Assembly: GCA_045402695.1 (NCBI GenBank)
Contig: JAWPNA010000030.1
Span: 1 to 56,101 of the forward strand
Direction of reading: 5' to 3'
DNA length: 56,101 bases
Source: Acidobacteriota bacterium
GTDB taxonomy: Bacteria; Acidobacteriota; Polarisedimenticolia; JACPZX01; DASXTC01
The notes under the pieces are model-generated. The model worked only from the letters and a program-made list of their open reading frames with translations, had not been told where the DNA came from and did not search any database. The first letter of the stretch is position 1, and each line of letters starts with the position of its first letter. A program made the translations under genes and the position numbers. Positions 51,778 through 56,101 of this stretch are shown here, piece after piece.

Positions 51778-53448
51778 ATGAGTCCAACCCTCTCCCCGAC
51801 ATGCTTGGAAACAGTTCTCGCCTACCACGAACGGACCAAGCACCACGCGGGACGCTACGCGCAGTCACTGGGATACATGGATTGGAATACGCAACCGGAC
51901 CCTTTCCGGACGTACGACGGCGCCGAGATCCTTCTACTTGACGAGGTTCCCCCCACACCCGAGCCCTGCTACGACGCCGCCTTCCGGCCTGGGGCGACCG
52001 AACCCCGCCCCGTGGACCGATCGAGCATCTCTCAGCTCTTCTACGATTGCCTCGCGCTCTCGGCGTGGAAGGAACTGGGAGCGGCGAGATGGTCACTGCG
52101 GGTTAATCCCTCGAGCGGCGCTCTCCATCCCACGGAAGGCTATTTGATGGCAGGGCCGATTGCCGGCCTGTCCGGTACGGCAGCCCTCTATCACTACGCG
52201 CCGTTGCGCCATGGGCTGGAGGTGAGAGCCGCGCTCTGCCGCCGCGACTGGGCCGACTTGACCAGCGGTCTCCCGCCCGGTGCGCTGCTCGTCGGCCTCA
52301 CCTCGATTCACTGGAGGGAGTCCTGGAAATATGGAGAGCGGGCGTTCCGGTACTGCCACCACGACGTCGGCCATGCGATCGCGGCCGTCGCCCTGGCTGC
52401 CTCCGTCCTGGGCTGGAAAGCCCGCTTGCTCGAAGGGTGCGCCGATCGGGAGCTGGCAGTCCTGCTGGGGGTTGCTCTGCAGAACGGTGTCGAGGCGGAG
52501 CATCCCGACTGCCTGCTCGTGATCTACCCGGCCGGCGTGGGCTTTCCCTTGGAGCATCAGCGCTCTCATCGTCTAGCCCCCGACCTCCTTGGTCGCCTGT
52601 CCAGGATCCCGATGGCCGGCCGCCCGAACCAGCTCAGCACGGGGCATCACTCGTGGCCTGTCATCGACGAGGTTGCCGAAGCCAGCGCCCGCGTCGCGCC
52701 TCCTCCTTCTTCGTACTGGGAATCCCGCGCGCGCACGCAGGCCCCACCACACCAGCCGGACGGGATCTCCGCACGCCGGATCATCCGCCAGCGCCGGAGC
52801 GCCGTGGCCATGGATGGCCGGTCATCGATGGGTCGCGACAGCTTCTACGCAATGATCGAGAGAGCCCTGGGGAAGCGCGGCCCCGTTCCGTTCGATTCTC
52901 TCCCCTGGAAACCCGCGGTTCATCTCGTGCTCTTCGTGCATCGCGTGGACGGGCTCGAGCCGGGTCTCTACAGCCTCGTCCGGCGTCCCGATGCCCTCGA
53001 CCAGCTCAAGGCGGCGATGCGATCGGAGTTCGAGTGGTCCCGTCCGGAAGGATGCCCGGATGACCTGCCTCTTTTTCGGCTCGTGCGGGGCAATTGTCGC
53101 GACGTGGCCTTTGGCGTTTCCTGCCACCAGGAGATCGCCGCGGATGGCGTCTTCGCACTGGCGATGGTGGCTGAGTTCGAGCCGCGACTGAAAGAACATG
53201 GGCCATGGTTCTACAGGCGGCTCCATTGGGAAGCCGGGCTGATCGGACAAGTGCTCTACCTGGAGGCGGAGGCGGCCGGCGTGCGGTCAACCGGGATCGG
53301 CTGCTTTTTCGACGATGAGGTGCACCGGGCCGCCGGCCTGGCGGACCACCGCTACCAGGACATCTATCACTTCACCGTGGGCGGGGCCGTGGACGACCCG
53401 CGCCTGAAAACGATGCCGGCCTACAATCGCGCTTCGACTCCAGCGTGA
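51778..53448 (+). CDS. Two-domain SagB/ThcOx-type nitroreductase-family (FMN) oxidoreductase
   Basis: The N-terminal motif LAYHERTKHH...YMDWNTQPDPFR is typical of SagB-type dehydrogenase domains as I recall them. There are two nitroreductase-like halves, and the C-terminal half contains GIGCFFDDEV. ATG 51778 lies 5 nt after GGGAG. GTG 51745 is the alternative. Confidence 0.75.
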   Translation: MSPTLSPTCLETVLAYHERTKHHAGRYAQSLGYMDWNTQPDPFRTYDGAEILLLDEVPPTPEPCYDAAFRPGATEPRPVDRSSISQLFYDCLALSAWKELGAARWSLRVNPSSGALHPTEGYLMAGPIAGLSGTAALYHYAPLRHGLEVRAALCRRDWADLTSGLPPGALLVGLTSIHWRESWKYGERAFRYCHHDVGHAIAAVALAASVLGWKARLLEGCADRELAVLLGVALQNGVEAEHPDCLLVIYPAGVGFPLEHQRSHRLAPDLLGRLSRIPMAGRPNQLSTGHHSWPVIDEVAEASARVAPPPSSYWESRARTQAPPHQPDGISARRIIRQRRSAVAMDGRSSMGRDSFYAMIERALGKRGPVPFDSLPWKPAVHLVLFVHRVDGLEPGLYSLVRRPDALDQLKAAMRSEFEWSRPEGCPDDLPLFRLVRGNCRDVAFGVSCHQEIAADGVFALAMVAEFEPRLKEHGPWFYRRLHWEAGLIGQVLYLEAEAAGVRSTGIGCFFDDEVHRAAGLADHRYQDIYHFTVGGAVDDPRLKTMPAYNRASTPA

Positions 53449-53565
53449 CCGGCGCATTGCCGCGGGCGGCGGCGCGGCCTATGATGGATGGCGTGGATCG
53501 GTGCACAGGTCGGGACCTGGGCCCTTGATTGTCGGCACGTGACACGTCTCCGGAAGGAGCTCCCC

Positions 53566-54024
53566 ATGCGTCGTCTCCCCTTCACGTTCATCCCCTTTGC
53601 TCTGCTTGCCGGCGCGGTCATCCTCGGCGCCGAGCCTTCGCGACCGGAGTTCCTCAAGCTGAAGGTCTCCACCCACAGTGGGCCGATGCCGCTCGACCTC
53701 AAGCTCACCGGCAGCCTGGCCGGCGTCGATCTGTCCGCCGGCGAGTGCTTCATCCGATGGGATCGCACCTACGAAACTCCGGCCCATCAGGTCCTGCAGC
53801 AGAGGGAGGAGTTCCCCTGCCAGCCTCCCGTGGCTCCGGCGGGCGGGAAGACCGTCGGCGACGTCTTCGAACGGAAGCTCACTCTCGAGGAACCGGGCGA
53901 CTACTCGATCCGGATCGTGTTCAAGCAGGCCGACGGGCATCAGGTGGCGGGCACGACCCAGGAGGTCAAGGTGTACCGCGGGAAGATCGAGGTCGGCGTG
54001 ACCGGGACGTACCAGCACGACTGA
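53566..54024 (+). CDS. Small exported protein of unknown function (Ig/beta-sandwich-like?)
   Basis: A GGAAGGAG RBS precedes the ATG at 53566. Signal peptide MRRLPFTFIPFALLAGAVILGA. The remainder is beta-rich. Confidence 0.55.
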   Translation: MRRLPFTFIPFALLAGAVILGAEPSRPEFLKLKVSTHSGPMPLDLKLTGSLAGVDLSAGECFIRWDRTYETPAHQVLQQREEFPCQPPVAPAGGKTVGDVFERKLTLEEPGDYSIRIVFKQADGHQVAGTTQEVKVYRGKIEVGVTGTYQHD

Positions 54025-54316
54025 GGGCGGAAATCGTCACGCCGCGAGACAGCGGCGGCGAGCTGGATGGCGAGCCGAGGATCAACCCGAGCTTTTCCCC
54101 TCGAGTCAGCGTCTTGATGAAGGCCTCGCGTCGCGAGGCGCTGGACCGTGTGCGACGAGCCTCCTGATAGACAAGTCTGATCGGAAGCCGCGCTCGCCTA
54201 TACTTCGATGCAACTTCACGCTGGTGGGCGGTGAGACGCTGCCTCAGATCGAGGGTGATCCCCGTGTAAAGGGTCCCATCGCCGTACTCCAGGATGTAGA
54301 CCCGCCAGCCGTGCAT
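53966..54316 (-). CDS. GIY-YIG nuclease-superfamily small protein (UPF0213-like)
   Basis: WRVYILEYGDGTLYTGITLDLRQRLTAHQ contains the GIY/YIG elements, and ...REAFIKTLTRGEKL follows. I place the start at ATG 54316. The 3' tail overlaps the convergent gene by 59 nt. Confidence 0.7.
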   Translation of the reverse strand: MHGWRVYILEYGDGTLYTGITLDLRQRLTAHQREVASKYRRARLPIRLVYQEARRTRSSASRREAFIKTLTRGEKLGLILGSPSSSPPLSRGVTISALSRAGTSRSRRPRSSRGTP

Positions 54317-54440
54317 CAGCCCATGATCCACATCCCCGCAAACACCGGCGTCGCCACCGTACAATCCATGAAGTCACGCGCCCTGCCATCAAGCACGCCG
54401 GGCAGCGTCAACGAAACCCTGGTCCCGAGGAGGAGGAACG

Positions 54441-54686
54441 GTGCGAACACGAATGGTGACCTTGATCGGTCTCGCAATGCTGTGTGTCGTGGCTGCGTGC
54501 ACGCGCTGGCACGAAGCCACGACGGACGTCACGGTCCATGGAAGCGACATCGTGTACTTGAGAGACGAGCGGGCTAACCTGTGCTTCGCTGTTCTCTTCA
54601 TGGCGAATGCCGCCGGGACCTCGGTCAACGAGATGAGCATGACCTCCGTGCCCTGCGAGAATCTGCAGGGTGTGGAGGCTCGATGA
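54441..54686 (+). CDS. Putative small lipoprotein
   Basis: An AGGAGGAGG RBS precedes the GTG at 54441. The N-terminus MRTRMVTLIGLAMLCVVAAC has a lipobox-like VAAC. At 81 aa it may not be a real gene. Confidence 0.4.
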   Translation: MRTRMVTLIGLAMLCVVAACTRWHEATTDVTVHGSDIVYLRDERANLCFAVLFMANAAGTSVNEMSMTSVPCENLQGVEAR

Positions 54687-54713
54687 GGGAGACACTCACC
54701 GAGCCTCGTTCTC

Positions 54714-55556
54714 TTACTTGCTCTCTGGGGCCGACCCACCGGACAGTTGCTTCGGACGTCGCGTCATACCGGCTCCAAGCAGCGAACGCCAGACCGCGTC
54801 TGGCAGAAGGCTGCTGAGCGCCAGGATGAGAGCCCCTCTGACGGGATATCGCAGCCTCGGAGAGACATCCTCCGCGGCCCTCAGGATGGCCTCGGCAACA
54901 GGCAGCGGCTCGGGCGCGTTCTGGTCTTCCTTGAACACCCATTCCATGTAGTTCGTGAGCTGCGTGTCGTATTCGCCATGTGCCGTGACCTGGAGCGATC
55001 GACTGATGAATCCCGTCTTGAAATGCGCGGGCTCGATCAGCTTCACGCGGATGCCATGCAGTGAGGCCTCGTAGCGGAACGACTCGGAGAACCCCTCGAT
55101 CGCGAATTTGCTCGCATGGTAGAGCGATGCGAAGGGGGCTGCCATGCGCCCCCCGATCGAGGAAACGTTGATGATGGTTCCTCCACCTCTGCTGCGCATG
55201 ACCGGCATCACGTGTCGGATGAGTGAGAGTGGGCCGAGCACGTTCGTGCGAAACTGGAGATCGATCTGCTCTGCCGTAGCTCCTTCCAGTGGACCGAAAA
55301 CTCCATAGCCGGCGTTGTTGACCAGGACGTCGATTCCACCGAAGCGATCAACGACGGCTGAGACAACCGCCGCGATACTCTTCTCATCTGTTACGTCGAG
55401 CTTGAATACACTTACGTTTTGCCCAGTCGCCCATGTGCTCAGCGCCGCTGGGTCCCGTGAAGTGCCGGCGACCTGCCAGCTCCGGCGGGACATCAGTTCG
55501 GAGGTGAGACGCCCGATGCCGGAAGAAACGCCTGTGATCAGAACCGTCTTCGCCAC
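54714..55556 (-). CDS. Short-chain dehydrogenase/reductase (classical SDR)
   Basis: The cofactor motif TGVSSGIGR (TGxxxGxG), NNAG and the catalytic YHASK (YxxxK) are all present. Confidence 0.9.
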   Translation of the reverse strand: MAKTVLITGVSSGIGRLTSELMSRRSWQVAGTSRDPAALSTWATGQNVSVFKLDVTDEKSIAAVVSAVVDRFGGIDVLVNNAGYGVFGPLEGATAEQIDLQFRTNVLGPLSLIRHVMPVMRSRGGGTIINVSSIGGRMAAPFASLYHASKFAIEGFSESFRYEASLHGIRVKLIEPAHFKTGFISRSLQVTAHGEYDTQLTNYMEWVFKEDQNAPEPLPVAEAILRAAEDVSPRLRYPVRGALILALSSLLPDAVWRSLLGAGMTRRPKQLSGGSAPESK

Positions 55557-55842
55557 TCAAGGATTCCCTTCCTGCACTGGCGCGTCCCGGCCGGCGCGGT
55601 AGAGGCACACACCCTCACGACCGTCGGCGGCCTCGAGGACCGATCGTACACCGGAGCAGACGAAGGAGGGAAGCCGAGCCTCGCAGTCGCGCATGGCCAA
55701 CTTCCAGCCACGGGAGCCGCTTGCGTGGACCCCACCCGGGGCGTTACCCTGCGCGCATGGCTAGGCGCTCGGAACTCGTATCTCCGCTTTACGTGCACCT
55801 GCGCCGTGACCTCCAAGGGCTTTCTTCGCGAAGGCCCGAGCC

Positions 55843-56101
55843 ATGAACATCACCGTCCGTGTTCCTTCCCCGCTCCGCGGCGACTGCGCGGGCGCCTCGG
55901 AGCTGAAGCTCTCGGTCGCGAGCGTGCGCGGAGCCCTCGGGGAGCTCGAGCGGCGCTACCCCTCGCTTCACCGCAGCATCTGCGACGAGACGGGTGCGGT
56001 GCGTCCTCACGTGAACCTGTTCGTGAACCTGGCTCATGTGCGCGATCGGGATGGGCTCGACACGGCGCTGGCGCCCGGGGACGTCCTCACGATCCTGCCC
56101 G
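55843..56101 (+). CDS. MoaD/ThiS-family ubiquitin-like sulfur-carrier protein (3' end cut by window edge)
   Basis: This ORF is absent from the ORF track because it has no stop within the window. I translated it manually from ATG 55843: MNITVRVPSPLRGDCAGASELKLSVASVRGALGELERRYPSLHRSICDETGAVRPHVNLFVNLAHVRDRDGLDTALAPGDVLTILP. The pattern is typical of MoaD/ThiS-like carriers, which end in ...GG shortly afterwards. Confidence 0.65.
   Translation, partial: MNITVRVPSPLRGDCAGASELKLSVASVRGALGELERRYPSLHRSICDETGAVRPHVNLFVNLAHVRDRDGLDTALAPGDVLTILP

Noticed and set aside
51778-53448. SagB-type dehydrogenase as a marker of a thiazole/oxazole (TOMM/LAP) RiPP cluster
   Set aside because: No YcaO cyclodehydratase, E1-like partner, precursor-peptide-like small ORF or dedicated protease/ABC exporter is adjacent. 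The flanks are two-component genes and a small exported protein. The two-domain form of this family commonly occurs outside RiPP clusters.
55557-55842. Moco riboswitch upstream of the MoaD/ThiS-like gene
   Set aside because: I cannot reconstruct the conserved Moco-motif helices or core from memory in this sequence, and the carrier may not be a molybdopterin-synthase subunit at all. It needs a covariance-model scan.
1-56101. CRISPR arrays, tRNA/rRNA genes, IS elements, integrases, prophage or classical defence systems
   Set aside because: All intergenic gaps are 502 nt or shorter. The largest, 2341-2842, is filled by the pseudogene remnant, and every other gap is under about 400 nt. None shows spaced repeats, tRNA T-loop/acceptor features or terminal inverted repeats. 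No ORF shows transposase, recombinase, RT, Cas or restriction-enzyme motifs.

Overview
GC-rich (about two-thirds G+C by eye, not computed), very gene-dense chromosomal window with about 46 protein-coding genes. I saw no rRNA, tRNA, CRISPR array, transposase or integrase. The gene content points to an Acidobacteriota-like Gram-negative genome, but that is inference only: a Ser/Thr kinase fused to a TolB-like propeller, a TIGR03436-like VWA protein, many exported PQQ-like beta-propellers and DUF3857/transglutaminase proteins. Layout: (i) 1-9275 holds envelope and proteolysis genes (kinase, a decayed DUF4143 ATPase remnant, a 1255-aa S8 protease, a VWA protein). (ii) 9526-36572 is a large divergon centred on the 32619-32799 control region. 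Its minus arm is a ~23 kb train of 17 co-directional genes, many joined by start/stop overlaps: a small membrane protein, 2 propellers, a PaaK/LuxE-like ligase, an ALDH/LuxC-like reductase candidate, an Fe-ADH, a propeller, a HemN-like radical SAM enzyme, a propeller, a TonB-dependent receptor, a flavin-halogenase-like enzyme, DUF3311 plus an SSS symporter, a GT4 glycosyltransferase, a 4HBT thioesterase and a MacB/Lol-type ABC ATPase plus giant FtsX permease. The plus arm carries two more propellers and a LolA-like/DUF1579 exported protein. (iii) 36556-42351 holds a DNA glycosylase, a GFA protein and a MocR regulator divergent from a PLP decarboxylase / Cys-Met PLP enzyme / cupin-like operon, separated by a striking AT-rich palindromic intergenic region. 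(iv) 42404-48243 holds a small secreted protein, a divergent DUF3857-transglutaminase pair (one has lost the catalytic Cys) and an MFS transporter. (v) 48323-56101 holds an orphan secreted protein, an RR-HK-RR-SagB-like oxidoreductase operon, small exported proteins, a GIY-YIG protein, an SDR and a 3'-truncated MoaD/ThiS-like gene. The best candidate for an undescribed system is the propeller-rich acyl-processing and transport divergon (9526-36572). I cannot assign it to any named pathway. All functional assignments are motif- and memory-based, since no searches were possible.
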